Shown here in pieces: positions 9,332 to 17,979 of a stretch of 35,855 nt of DNA. The notes beneath the pieces are model-generated. The model ran no database searches. It was not told the origin of the DNA and saw only the letters and a program-made list of their open reading frames with translations. Each line of letters begins with the position of its first letter. Position 1 is the stretch's first letter. The DNA lies in the IMG/VR virus record IMGVR_UViG_3300036833_000304, positions 1 through 35,855 of that record. One strand, 5' to 3'. The stretch is from a virus (taxonomy: Duplodnaviria; Caudoviricetes). Made by a program: the position numbers and the translations under genes.

Positions 9332-9400
9332 ATCCCGTCGCGAGGCGGGATGCCCTAGACCGCCGCTTGGGCAACGGCCTCCTGCCGCGTCGTGAGACGC
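9332..9400 (+). promoter_or_regulatory. Structured leader of the capsid gene (RNA motif copy 1)
   Basis: Hairpins ATCCCGTC-GCGA-GGCGGGAT (9332-9351) and GCGTC-GTGA-GACGC (9387-9400), both with GNRA loops, flank CGCCGCTTGGGCAACGGCCTC (9361-9381). Confidence 0.65.
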
Positions 9401-9425
9401 CGCGTCCCTACAGATGGAGCCCACA

Positions 9426-10913
9426 ATGGACGGTAGCTTGCTTCCGGCCGGCTCGCGCGTGCTTGACCTGGTCAAACAGCGGGCCGCCGCCTTTTCCGTA
9501 TTTGAGGAGCTGGCCAACAAGGACAGCCTTACCGCCGAGGAGCAGCAGACTTATCGCGACAAAAAACAGCTGGTCCACAATCTCGACGCACAGATCGCGC
9601 GCGTCCGCCAGGCGCAGGAAATGGCCTTGCGCACCGCCCGCCCGGTCGACGGCCAGACCCGTATCACCGTGCCTGCGAGCCTCGAGACCAGCCCCTACGA
9701 GAGCGACGAGGCGGCGCGCGCGCTAGCCAAGGACAAGGGCTATTTTGTCGGCAGTGCGCGCTCGGTGGTGATGGGCGGCATCTTGCGCATGGCCGGCGCC
9801 GGCAACGGCAACCTGTTTCTTGCCCGCCAGATGGCGGTCGAGAAATACGGCGAATCGCACCCGGTGACCCGCGCGCTGATCGTCTCCGAAGGCACCGCCG
9901 GCGGCTTTATCGTGCCGCCCGACTATGTCGCCGAGATCATCGAGCTACTGCGCCCGCGCACCGTCGTGCGGAGCTCGAACCCTAGGGTCATTCCGATGCC
10001 GCGCGGCACGATGACCCTACCCGGCCAGGCCACCCCGGCGACCGCCAGCTATGGCCGCGAGCAAGCGCAGATCGCGACCTCGCAGCAGTCGCTCAGGCAG
10101 ATCCTAGCCAGCTACAAAAAGCTGACCGCGATGGTGCCGGTGTCGAACGACATGATGCGCTACGCCGACCCGGCGGTGGACGCGTTTGTCCGCGACGATC
10201 TGGTCAAGGTCATCGCGCTTAGAGAGGACCGCGCGTTTCTGACTGGCGATGGTACGCAGGATACGCCGCGCGGGTTCTTGAGCTTCGCCAATGGCTGGGT
10301 GCAGCAGAACGGCGGCACGATGGGCGCCTGGAATACCGGCGCCAACTCGGTCGCCGCGGTCAACGGCCCGACGGGCGATCCGACCATCGGCATGAACGGG
10401 GGCAATTTCATCACCTCGAACCTGACCTTCAACCTCGGGACCGTCGTGCCCGAGCTCAGCGGCGTCGCCAACAAGCTCGACATGGCCAACGTCGATGACG
10501 ACCGCCGGGTATGGATGATGCACCCGCGCAGCCGCAACTACCTCTACGACATTCAGAACTCGCTCGGTCTCTATGTCTTCCGCGAGGAGCTGAACGCCGG
10601 CAACCTGCGCGGCTACCCGGTCAAGACGACGACGCAGATCCCGGTCAACCTCTGGGATACGACCGGCACCAATCAGGACTGCTCGCTGATCTTTCTCACG
10701 CAGATGGACGAGGCGATGATCCTCGATAGCATGTCCCTCGAGCTGGCGGTATCGCGCGAGGGCACTTACGTCGACGGCACCGGGGCCACCGTCTCAGCGT
10801 TCCAGAACGACCAGACGCTAATCCGCGCGATCACCGAGCACGATTTTCAGATCAGGCACGATTCGGCGACGGCGATCATCCAGTTCGTGCGCTGGGCGCC
10901 GGCAGTGCAGTGA
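9426..10913 (+). CDS. HK97-fold major capsid protein
   Basis: GGAG RBS at 9416-9419; coiled-coil delta domain; GGFIVPPDY, KKLTAMVPVSN, AFLTGDGT--PRG, WMMHP, SAFQNDQTLIRA. Confidence 0.95.
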   Translation: MDGSLLPAGSRVLDLVKQRAAAFSVFEELANKDSLTAEEQQTYRDKKQLVHNLDAQIARVRQAQEMALRTARPVDGQTRITVPASLETSPYESDEAARALAKDKGYFVGSARSVVMGGILRMAGAGNGNLFLARQMAVEKYGESHPVTRALIVSEGTAGGFIVPPDYVAEIIELLRPRTVVRSSNPRVIPMPRGTMTLPGQATPATASYGREQAQIATSQQSLRQILASYKKLTAMVPVSNDMMRYADPAVDAFVRDDLVKVIALREDRAFLTGDGTQDTPRGFLSFANGWVQQNGGTMGAWNTGANSVAAVNGPTGDPTIGMNGGNFITSNLTFNLGTVVPELSGVANKLDMANVDDDRRVWMMHPRSRNYLYDIQNSLGLYVFREELNAGNLRGYPVKTTTQIPVNLWDTTGTNQDCSLIFLTQMDEAMILDSMSLELAVSREGTYVDGTGATVSAFQNDQTLIRAITEHDFQIRHDSATAIIQFVRWAPAVQ

Positions 10914-10925
10914 GGAGGACGCGAA

Positions 10926-11375
10926 ATGGACATCAATTACGCCCGCAGCATCGGCGGTTTGATCCGCGCCGTCCCGGCGACCGGATTTGGCACGACGGTG
11001 GCGGCGAATGTTGGCGTTGCGATCGACCGCCAGCTCAATCCGCTCGCCGCCGGCATGATGCCGCTGTCGGCGCTTGGGGTGGTTCACTACAACGTCGTGC
11101 TGACCGCCGGCCAGACGCTGGGGCTGACCTGGACGCTCGACGATTCGGCTGACGGCACCACCTGGACAAATCTGATCCCGGCATTGGCGACGCCGCAGAT
11201 CGTCCAGAGCGGCACCGGCACGTTCAACGGCTGCGCCAATTTCGAGGTGCCGCTGAGCAATGCGCGGCGCTATGTCCGGTTTGGCTATACGCCGACCACG
11301 GCCTCGGCGACCTTGAGTTCGGCGGCGGAGCTGGTCATGGGCGGTTGGGGCCGGGTGCCGACGGCGCATTTCTGA
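10926..11375 (+). CDS. Probable capsid decoration/cement protein
   Basis: GAGGAGG RBS; directly after the capsid gene; beta-rich with DSADGTTWTNL and RRYVRF. Confidence 0.65.
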   Translation: MDINYARSIGGLIRAVPATGFGTTVAANVGVAIDRQLNPLAAGMMPLSALGVVHYNVVLTAGQTLGLTWTLDDSADGTTWTNLIPALATPQIVQSGTGTFNGCANFEVPLSNARRYVRFGYTPTTASATLSSAAELVMGGWGRVPTAHF

Positions 11376-11608
11376 TGACCAAGATGGTCGAGTTCACGCG
11401 CGACATGAAACCGTGGCGGCGCGGCGACCGTTACGCGCTGCCCGACGCGGTCGCCGACGAGGCGGTGCACAGCGAGACCGCGATCGTCGTGCCGTCGGTG
11501 TTCGACAAAGCCGCGCCCGAACCGGCGCTCGACCAGGCGGCCGAACGCGAGCGCCGCGACCGTCTGCAGTACCGCACTCGCGGCGGCCGGTTCGTGAAGC
11601 GGAGCTAG
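11375..11608 (+). CDS. Small head-associated hypothetical protein
   Basis: TGATG coupling; VEFTRDMKPWRRGD---LPD--A pattern of small post-capsid proteins. Confidence 0.65.
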   Translation: MTKMVEFTRDMKPWRRGDRYALPDAVADEAVHSETAIVVPSVFDKAAPEPALDQAAERERRDRLQYRTRGGRFVKRS

Positions 11609-11611
11609 CCG

Positions 11612-11869
11612 ATGTCCGGCGACCGCTTCGCTCTGATGGCCGAAGATCTGCGCGGACCCGCCGAAATGGTCGCGACGATCACACCCAGCGCCAATCCCTT
11701 GCCGTACATTACCAAGCGGATCTGGGTGGGCGGCGCGGGTAACGTCACGCTGACCACCAAGGGCGGCACTAGCGCAACCTATACCGCAATTCCTGCCGGC
11801 ACGTATCTGCTAGTGCGGGCAGCCTACGTAACGGCGGCGACCGCTACCAACCTAATCGGGGAGTATTGA
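11612..11869 (+). CDS. Head spike base protein (RcGTA rcc01079-like)
   Basis: 85 aa; PA----ITPS--PL---TKRIWVGGAGNV...PAG--L-VRA--V---TATNL pattern. Confidence 0.75.
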   Translation: MSGDRFALMAEDLRGPAEMVATITPSANPLPYITKRIWVGGAGNVTLTTKGGTSATYTAIPAGTYLLVRAAYVTAATATNLIGEY

Positions 11870-11872
11870 GCA

Positions 11873-12310
11873 ATGAGCCAATCGCATACCCGGCATCAGC
11901 AGCATGCCTCGGAGGAACCGCGGCCGACACCGCAGCCGGAGCCGGCGCCGCCGCCACCGCCGCCGGTCGAAGAGCCGGTGCCGGAGACGCCGCCGGAGAC
12001 GCCGGCCGCCGTGCAGCCGCTAGGCCATCCCCGCGCCGGGCCCCACAGTGCCACTGTCGGCACTGCGGGCGGCACGACTGCCATCGTCGTCGACATGTAC
12101 GTCCTGGCCAGCGCCGTTCCGGTGAAGGTGCATCTTTCCCAGCCGTACACGACCGCCCAGCCGCCGGGCTATCCGAGCCGCCCGTCGATGACGGGTGCTG
12201 CCCAGCACAACGTCGATTATCCGCAGACCATCGCTTCCGGCACGACGCTGGCTCTGCTGCCGGTCGAGGCCGCAGCACTGGTCGCGGCCGGCGCCGCCAC
12301 CTACGTCTGA
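11873..12310 (+). CDS. Hypothetical protein with Pro/Glu-rich N-terminus
   Basis: In-operon spacing; ends EAAALVAAGAATYV. Confidence 0.6.
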   Translation: MSQSHTRHQQHASEEPRPTPQPEPAPPPPPPVEEPVPETPPETPAAVQPLGHPRAGPHSATVGTAGGTTAIVVDMYVLASAVPVKVHLSQPYTTAQPPGYPSRPSMTGAAQHNVDYPQTIASGTTLALLPVEAAALVAAGAATYV

Positions 12311-12322
12311 GGAGTTGCCGCG

Positions 12323-13636
12323 ATGGCCGCTGATCCGAAAAGCCAGCTGCTGACTTGGACGGCATTTGGTCATCCGATCAGTGTCACGCTGCAAGAGATG
12401 CAGCAGGGCGCGCCGGTAACTGGGGCGGTTCAGCCGAGCGACAACGTAATGTTGTGGAGCGCCGATCGGGCTGCTATGTCGATAGCTGCCTCCGTTCTCG
12501 GCGGAGGGCCAGGTGGCGGCATAGCCGAAGCCCCGTCAGACAACACTAGCTATTCGCGCCAAAACGCAGCTTGGACGAACAATCCAGATTTCAACACAAT
12601 CATAGCAGGCAACCCCACCGCGCCAACCCCGCCAATGGCAACCGGAGACTTAAACGTCGCGGGCCGCCTTATGCAAAACGGCGCTCCGGTGGGCGGCGCT
12701 TCGTTGCCGGCGGCGGGCCCTAACGGTAGCGTGCTGGCCTCCAACGGTACGGCTGCAGCCTACACGCGAGACCTAACGAACCTGAACTCCGTCGTGGTCG
12801 ACCAGAATACCGTTGCTGCCCTGCCAGCACCCTACTCGGGCACACTAATAAGGGCTGCGGGGGTCGACAACGCCAACGTCCGTATAGAAATCGACTCTTT
12901 CACCAGCAATAACGGGCAAGGTCCGCAACTGTCTTTTCGGCGGACGAACGGAACAGGTGCCCTCCCGGCTCCGCCAATCCTCAACAGCCCACTGGGGCTC
13001 ATAAATTTTGCGGGCTACACCGCTGCGGGCTACGTACAGGCAGCAGCAATATATGGTCGGGCCATCGAGCCCGCCGGCTGGACCAACACAGCAAATGGGT
13101 CGCAACTAGAGTTTTACACCACGGCGTTAGGCGCCGCCGGCGGCACCCCCTCCGACTCCCTCCGTGTGACTGTTGCTCAGGGACTTCTCGTCGCCGCCGC
13201 AAATAACGTTCCGCCGACCGGCGGCGTTAATGGCGACATGGGACCAGGCACAGTTAACGTCGCAGCCGGCTACTACACCAACGGTGCTCCGGTCGGACGG
13301 ATCGTGCTGGTTCCAAGTTGGACGGCGGGAATTAATCCCAATAATATATTTGTCTACCGGGCAGACGCGGCCCGGACCATAGTCTCGGTTGTTGGGGTCG
13401 TAACAGTCACGAACGGAGCCGCAGCAACAGTATCGGTCAGACTTATCCCGGCAGCCGGTGGCGCTGGTGCGGCAATACATTCTGGTTCGATGGACTGTAA
13501 CGCCGCTGCGCTTGCCATTGGCGACCAACCATTAACGTTAACAACCACGGTGATGGCGGCGGGCGACCGGCTACTATTGGCCTCGACTGGGACCTTCACT
13601 GGTTCAATCGGTAGCATCCAAGTGACGATCCAATGA
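12323..13636 (+). CDS. Probable head fibre/adhesin
   Basis: GAGGAG RBS; foldon-like motif near the N-terminus; Gly/Ala/Thr/Asn-rich; C-terminal domain paralogous to the tail fibre at 30374; follows the spike base. Confidence 0.7.
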   Translation: MAADPKSQLLTWTAFGHPISVTLQEMQQGAPVTGAVQPSDNVMLWSADRAAMSIAASVLGGGPGGGIAEAPSDNTSYSRQNAAWTNNPDFNTIIAGNPTAPTPPMATGDLNVAGRLMQNGAPVGGASLPAAGPNGSVLASNGTAAAYTRDLTNLNSVVVDQNTVAALPAPYSGTLIRAAGVDNANVRIEIDSFTSNNGQGPQLSFRRTNGTGALPAPPILNSPLGLINFAGYTAAGYVQAAAIYGRAIEPAGWTNTANGSQLEFYTTALGAAGGTPSDSLRVTVAQGLLVAAANNVPPTGGVNGDMGPGTVNVAAGYYTNGAPVGRIVLVPSWTAGINPNNIFVYRADAARTIVSVVGVVTVTNGAAATVSVRLIPAAGGAGAAIHSGSMDCNAAALAIGDQPLTLTTTVMAAGDRLLLASTGTFTGSIGSIQVTIQ

Positions 13637-13687
13637 CTTTGTTGTTGATCATGGGGCTAACCGCCGCCGAACTTCCGCGAGGCTAAC

Positions 13688-14581
13688 ATGAGCGTCGCTC
13701 GCATCGTCACCGTAACGGCGCCTGCGCCTCCTCCTGCCGGCGGGCAGCAGTATGACCTGGTGAGCCTCGACCTGGTCAAGCAGGAGCTGTCGATCGGCGC
13801 CGACAATGTCAACGACGACGCCTGGCTGGCGCGCGCGATCAGCCAGACCTCGCGGGCGATCTCGCAATATTGCAACCGGGTGTTTCAGATCGAGGGCATC
13901 TCCGAGATCGATTATATCGAGCAAGATCCGTACCCGTATCAGACGCCTGGAACGCTGCGGACGCTGATACTGGCGCGCTGGCCGCTGACCGGGCTGTTCG
14001 CGCTGCCGGTCGCCGCCGCCGTGGCCAGCGGCAATGTCCTGCCGTTCGCCTCGACCGCCGGGGTCGCGATCGGTATGTCGGTCGCCGGCCTCGGCCTGGC
14101 GATGAACACCAATGTCGCGAGCTTTGTAGCGAATAGCTCGGTTACCCTGTCGCAGCCGATCACGGCGCCGATCCTGGCCGGGGCGACGATGCTGTTCAGC
14201 TTTACGTTGACGCAGGCGATCGACGGGTTTACCGCGCAGCCGCTGGTTTATGGCCGCGATTACACGATCGACCCGGCGCATGCCTTTCTGTACCGGCTGA
14301 ACCCGTTTACCGGCTTGCAGATGACCTGGGAGGCGTTGCCGATCACGACGACCTACCAGGCCGGTTATGCTCAGGTCCCCAGCCCGGTCGAAGAGGCCTG
14401 CCTGCTGCTGCTAACCAGCCGCTACCGCTCGCGCGGCCGCGACCCGTACCTAAAGGCGATCGAGCAGCCGGGCCTTGGCATTATGACTTATTGGGTCGGC
14501 GGGCCGCCGAAATCCGGCGCGATGCCCGAGGAGATCGGCGGGCTGCTCGACAATTACCGGGTGCCGGTGGTGCTCGCCTAG
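13688..14581 (+). CDS. Head-tail adaptor/connector (gp6-like) with inserted beta domain
   Basis: LVSLDLVKQELSI---DDAWL---I---S--I-QYCNR; TYQAGY--VP--VEEACL; LLDNYR end. Confidence 0.85.
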   Translation: MSVARIVTVTAPAPPPAGGQQYDLVSLDLVKQELSIGADNVNDDAWLARAISQTSRAISQYCNRVFQIEGISEIDYIEQDPYPYQTPGTLRTLILARWPLTGLFALPVAAAVASGNVLPFASTAGVAIGMSVAGLGLAMNTNVASFVANSSVTLSQPITAPILAGATMLFSFTLTQAIDGFTAQPLVYGRDYTIDPAHAFLYRLNPFTGLQMTWEALPITTTYQAGYAQVPSPVEEACLLLLTSRYRSRGRDPYLKAIEQPGLGIMTYWVGGPPKSGAMPEEIGGLLDNYRVPVVLA

Positions 14582-14693
14582 AAAATCTCTCCGGCGGCCG
14601 CGTGTAGCGCTGCCGATCCTCGACGGCCAAGGGCCTGCCAACTCGCGAGAAGGCCCTTCCTGGGCCGCCCAAGGCCCTTTTCCTCCCAGACTA

Positions 14694-14723
14694 GCGGCGC
14701 CTTTACGGGCGCCGCGCTTTTTT
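14694..14723 (+). terminator. Intrinsic terminator-like hairpin inside the late operon
   Basis: GCGGCGCC-TTTACG-GGCGCCGC followed by GC and T6. Confidence 0.6.
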
Positions 14724-14735
14724 CGGGAATCGGCG

Positions 14736-15227
14736 ATGGACGAATTCGGCTTGCAGCTCGAAGGCGATCGGCGGGTCGGGCTGCGCTTCGAGGAATTTCC
14801 CGAGCGCGCCCGGCAAAGGCTGGCCGCGGCGATGGACTCGATCACCCAGCGCCTGCTCGCGCGGGTCGAGGCGGCCGAGCCGATAAAGACCGGCAAATTG
14901 CGCGGCGAAACGACCGCCTATGTCAGCTCGGGCCCGAATTTCGTAAAGGGCACGGTGGCGATCCGCGTGCCCAAGGGGGCGCAGGCCGGGGTCGAGGCCG
15001 GCAAGGCCGCGGCGCTCGAATACGGCGCCCACAAGAGCATCGCGGTCAAAGCCTACAGCCGCACCCTCGACCATGTCTTCCTGCATGCGATTGCGCCGAC
15101 CGAGCAACTGGTCAGGGCTTATGTGCGCCGCGCCAACATTGCCGAGCAGCGCTTTCTGCGCGGACCGATCGACGAGATGCGCGATCAGATCCTGACCGAG
15201 CTGCGCGAAGCGGTCGAAGGGGCATGA
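14736..15227 (+). CDS. Neck/tail-completion protein (HK97 gp10-like)
   Basis: PIKTGKLR, AAALEYGA, EQRFLRGP motifs; position. Confidence 0.75.
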   Translation: MDEFGLQLEGDRRVGLRFEEFPERARQRLAAAMDSITQRLLARVEAAEPIKTGKLRGETTAYVSSGPNFVKGTVAIRVPKGAQAGVEAGKAAALEYGAHKSIAVKAYSRTLDHVFLHAIAPTEQLVRAYVRRANIAEQRFLRGPIDEMRDQILTELREAVEGA

Positions 15228-15889
15228 GCGGCAACGGTCAGAGCGCGGCGCCGCAGGGCCGCGAGGCGATTTACAGCGCGCTCTTCGCGCTCGCCCAGCG
15301 TGCGATTGCGGCGAGCTTCGCCGCCGATACCGCGGCCGGCAGCGCGGTACTGCACAACGTCTCCAGCCTGGCTAACCTGCGCGCCGGCTTTCCGGTGATC
15401 GGCCTCGGCATTGCGCCGTTGGCGGCAATCGCGACGATCGACGGGGCGAGCCAGCTCACCTTGACCCATCCGGCGACTGCCAGCGGCATTGCCGTGCCGC
15501 TGCGCTCCGGTTTTCGCACGGCCGGCCGGCGGCTGCGGCCATGGAGTCAGGTTACCGAGCAGCCGGCAATGTTTGTGCGCGACGTAGACGAGGAATACCC
15601 GCCGCGCCCGCATGGCCTGGCACGGGCAACCCTCGAAGCCGAGATTTGGATTTATTCCAATGCGGGCAAAGACCCGAACGGCATCCCGACAGCCAGCCTA
15701 GACCCGCTGGTTGACGCGGTCGAGGCCTCGCTGGAGCCGGTCTGGCCCTATCAGACGCAGACGCTGGGCGGACTGTGCACGCACGCCTGGATCGAAGGCC
15801 GGCTGATGAAAGACCCCGGCGATCTCGACCAGCAGGCCAAAGCAGTAATTCCGGTTCGCATCCTGGTCGGCGGCCCGGTGGACCCGTAA
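15224..15889 (+). CDS. Probable tail terminator protein with inserted beta domain
   Basis: ATGA coupling; REAIYSALFA, QPAMF, LDPLVDAVEASL, QTLGGL--HAWIEG, AVIPVRIL; directly before the tube gene. Confidence 0.7.
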   Translation: MSGNGQSAAPQGREAIYSALFALAQRAIAASFAADTAAGSAVLHNVSSLANLRAGFPVIGLGIAPLAAIATIDGASQLTLTHPATASGIAVPLRSGFRTAGRRLRPWSQVTEQPAMFVRDVDEEYPPRPHGLARATLEAEIWIYSNAGKDPNGIPTASLDPLVDAVEASLEPVWPYQTQTLGGLCTHAWIEGRLMKDPGDLDQQAKAVIPVRILVGGPVDP

Positions 15890-15905
15890 TCATAGGAGGA
15901 TTGAA

Positions 15906-16676
15906 ATGGCATTAGTTCAGGTCGGCTTTGGCAGCGGCCTGCTATATGGCATCCGCACCGACATCGCCGTCGCGACGCCGCGGCGGCTCGGCATCATGCA
16001 GGACGTGGCGCTAGCGTTTGCCGGCGACGCCAAGGAATTGTTCGGTCAATTTCAGTATCCGGTGGCCGTCGCGCGCGGCAAAACCAAGATTACCGGCAAG
16101 GCTAAATTCGCCGAGATCAATGCCGACACCTATAACGACTTTTTCTTTGGTCAGAACTCGGTGACGGGCGGCCTGGCGACCGCGTTTGCCGAATCGCACG
16201 CAATCCCGGCCACGACCCCCTATACCTTTGTCGTAACGAACGCGACATTGGTGCCGCTCGAAGACCTCGGGGCCTGGGACGGCACGACCGGGCGCCAGTT
16301 TATTTACACTGCGACGAGCCCGCCGACCACCACCGGGCAATACCATTTCGACCCGGCGACCGGCACTTATTCGTTCTCCGTCGGCGACGAAGGCAAGACG
16401 GTGCTGGTGGATTATCGCTACACGCTGGCCGCGACCGCGCCGAACCGCCAGGTTAGCCTGTTTAATCTATTTATGGGCACCACCCCGGTCTTCAAATCGG
16501 TCTTTACTATGACCTTCCAGACCAAGCAGACGGTGTTGGAACTCAACGCCTGCGTGGCGACATCGTTCAACTTGCCGACCCGGATCGACGACTTCGTCAT
16601 CTCGGATCTCGATTTTCAGGCGCAAGCCGACGCTGCCGGCAATGTCGGCACGCTAACGACGACGATCATTCCATGA
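15906..16676 (+). CDS. Major tail tube protein
   Basis: AGGAGG RBS; FGSG-LYG, KELFGQFQYPVAVARGK-KITGKAK, DDFVISDLDFQAQADAAGNV; precedes chaperone and TMP. Confidence 0.8.
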   Translation: MALVQVGFGSGLLYGIRTDIAVATPRRLGIMQDVALAFAGDAKELFGQFQYPVAVARGKTKITGKAKFAEINADTYNDFFFGQNSVTGGLATAFAESHAIPATTPYTFVVTNATLVPLEDLGAWDGTTGRQFIYTATSPPTTTGQYHFDPATGTYSFSVGDEGKTVLVDYRYTLAATAPNRQVSLFNLFMGTTPVFKSVFTMTFQTKQTVLELNACVATSFNLPTRIDDFVISDLDFQAQADAAGNVGTLTTTIIP

Positions 16677-17218
16677 GCGACGGCTTCGACGGCATCGTTC
16701 GCAAGGACGGCCCGCCCGGCGTGCCGGCCGAGGATCTCAAGCTGCTGGCGACGCTCGAGGCTAAGCGCGCGGCCGAAGCCAAATCCGCCAACGGCCTCGA
16801 CCCCAAGCCGCTGCGCCTGCCGGACTCGATCGCGACGACGATCGGCGGCGAGACGGTCGAGGTGCCCGAGCTGAGCTGGGCCGCGTTTAAGCGCGCCCGC
16901 CCGATCATGGAGGCCGCCGGGGCGGCGATCGATTGGGTGGAGGACCGCGAGGGCACGCTCAAGATCCTGGCCATTGCGCTCGAAAGCACGCGGCCGGAGC
17001 TGACCTTCGAGGAGATCGAGGAGCGTCTGTCGCTGCGCGAAGCAATGGGGATGGGTACGTTCTTGCTCGAACTGCTGCGCCTCTCGGGGATCGCCCAGCG
17101 GGGGGAAGTGCTGGCGGCGAGCGGCTCTTCGACATCGACTTCGACCGACTCGTCGCCGAACTCATCGCCCGCGGCTGCGCCACCGTCGACAAATGGGGAG
17201 ACATCGAGCGGACAATGA
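16673..17218 (+). CDS. Tail assembly chaperone (gpG-like)
   Basis: Between tube and TMP genes; acidic helical protein; slippery site followed by a Ser/Thr-rich tail. Confidence 0.75.
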   Translation: MSDGFDGIVRKDGPPGVPAEDLKLLATLEAKRAAEAKSANGLDPKPLRLPDSIATTIGGETVEVPELSWAAFKRARPIMEAAGAAIDWVEDREGTLKILAIALESTRPELTFEEIEERLSLREAMGMGTFLLELLRLSGIAQRGEVLAASGSSTSTSTDSSPNSSPAAAPPSTNGETSSGQ

Positions 17219-17367
17219 CGTTCCGGCGCTACCGCGCCTTGCAAGACTACTGGCGGCAGCACCCGCCGGCCGATTTCCTCGTTGCCGGCTATCTCGGCTA
17301 TAAGCCGCCCGGCAGCAGCGAACCGCAGCGCGTGACGCTGGCTGAGCTGGCGCAGATGACGGGATAG
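16673..17367 (+). CDS. Frameshifted tail assembly chaperone (gpGT-like)
   Basis: The -1 frame encodes DFDRLVAELI...MTFRRYRALQDYWRQHPP...AGYLGYKP. Confidence 0.7.
17101..17107 (+). other. Programmed -1 ribosomal frameshift site G GGG GAA
   Basis: In-frame CGG GGG GAA; the -1 frame is open to TAG at 17367. Confidence 0.8.
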
Positions 17368-17405
17368 ATAAAGAGGTGCGCCCGGGCGAGACGCGGCGGA
17401 TCTGA

Positions 17406-17804
17406 TCACTTCATGTCCGGAAAATGAACGCTGGCTATGGCGAGCATGACACAGCTATCGCTAAGTTTTCCCAGCGATGGGTTGGCGCGTTCCATGATGC
17501 CAAATAATTTTCCACAATTGGTCAATTCCGTTGCCGCGCTTTTCAGCACGCCCGGTTGCGGATTGAAAACCATGCCCAGTCCGACAAACCGGGCACAGCC
17601 GCGCGGTAGATTAGCATCGCTGGGCATTTCTCCCGAATTCTTCAATAGCCGGACACAAGCGGCGATATTATTTTGATCGGGCTCAGCTGCTCGCGCAGCA
17701 ATCAGTGGCGCAGCGGGTTGGACTGGCTGATGGCGGTCGCCCAGCACCGAACCGAGCGCCACGATGCCGCCAACGGCAATTCCGGCCTTGATGATGAACC
17801 GCAT
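17406..17804 (-). CDS. Moron-like exported or membrane-anchored hypothetical protein
   Basis: Opposite strand between chaperone and TMP; AGGAGG RBS; N-terminal hydrophobic segment; four Cys; more AT-rich than flanks. Confidence 0.7.
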   Translation of the reverse strand: MRFIIKAGIAVGGIVALGSVLGDRHQPVQPAAPLIAARAAEPDQNNIAACVRLLKNSGEMPSDANLPRGCARFVGLGMVFNPQPGVLKSAATELTNCGKLFGIMERANPSLGKLSDSCVMLAIASVHFPDMK

Positions 17805-17979
17805 TAGAAAAGACCCTCCTGTCTAGGTCGCCTGCAAGTGACGAGAGCGCGGCAACCCGGTGCAGGTTCCGGGCGTTCGGTGTACGGGCCTAGCCGCGCG
17901 CTCCCGTACATAGCGCGCCGGCTCGTTGCGAACTTGTCGATCCCGGCCAAAAACTTGATTTTGCGCACCCGGAGGAACG

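Noticed and set aside
14667-14676. Minus-strand CTTGGGC as a third copy of the 21-nt motif
   Set aside because: Only about 7 nt match, in the opposite orientation; expected by chance at this GC content.
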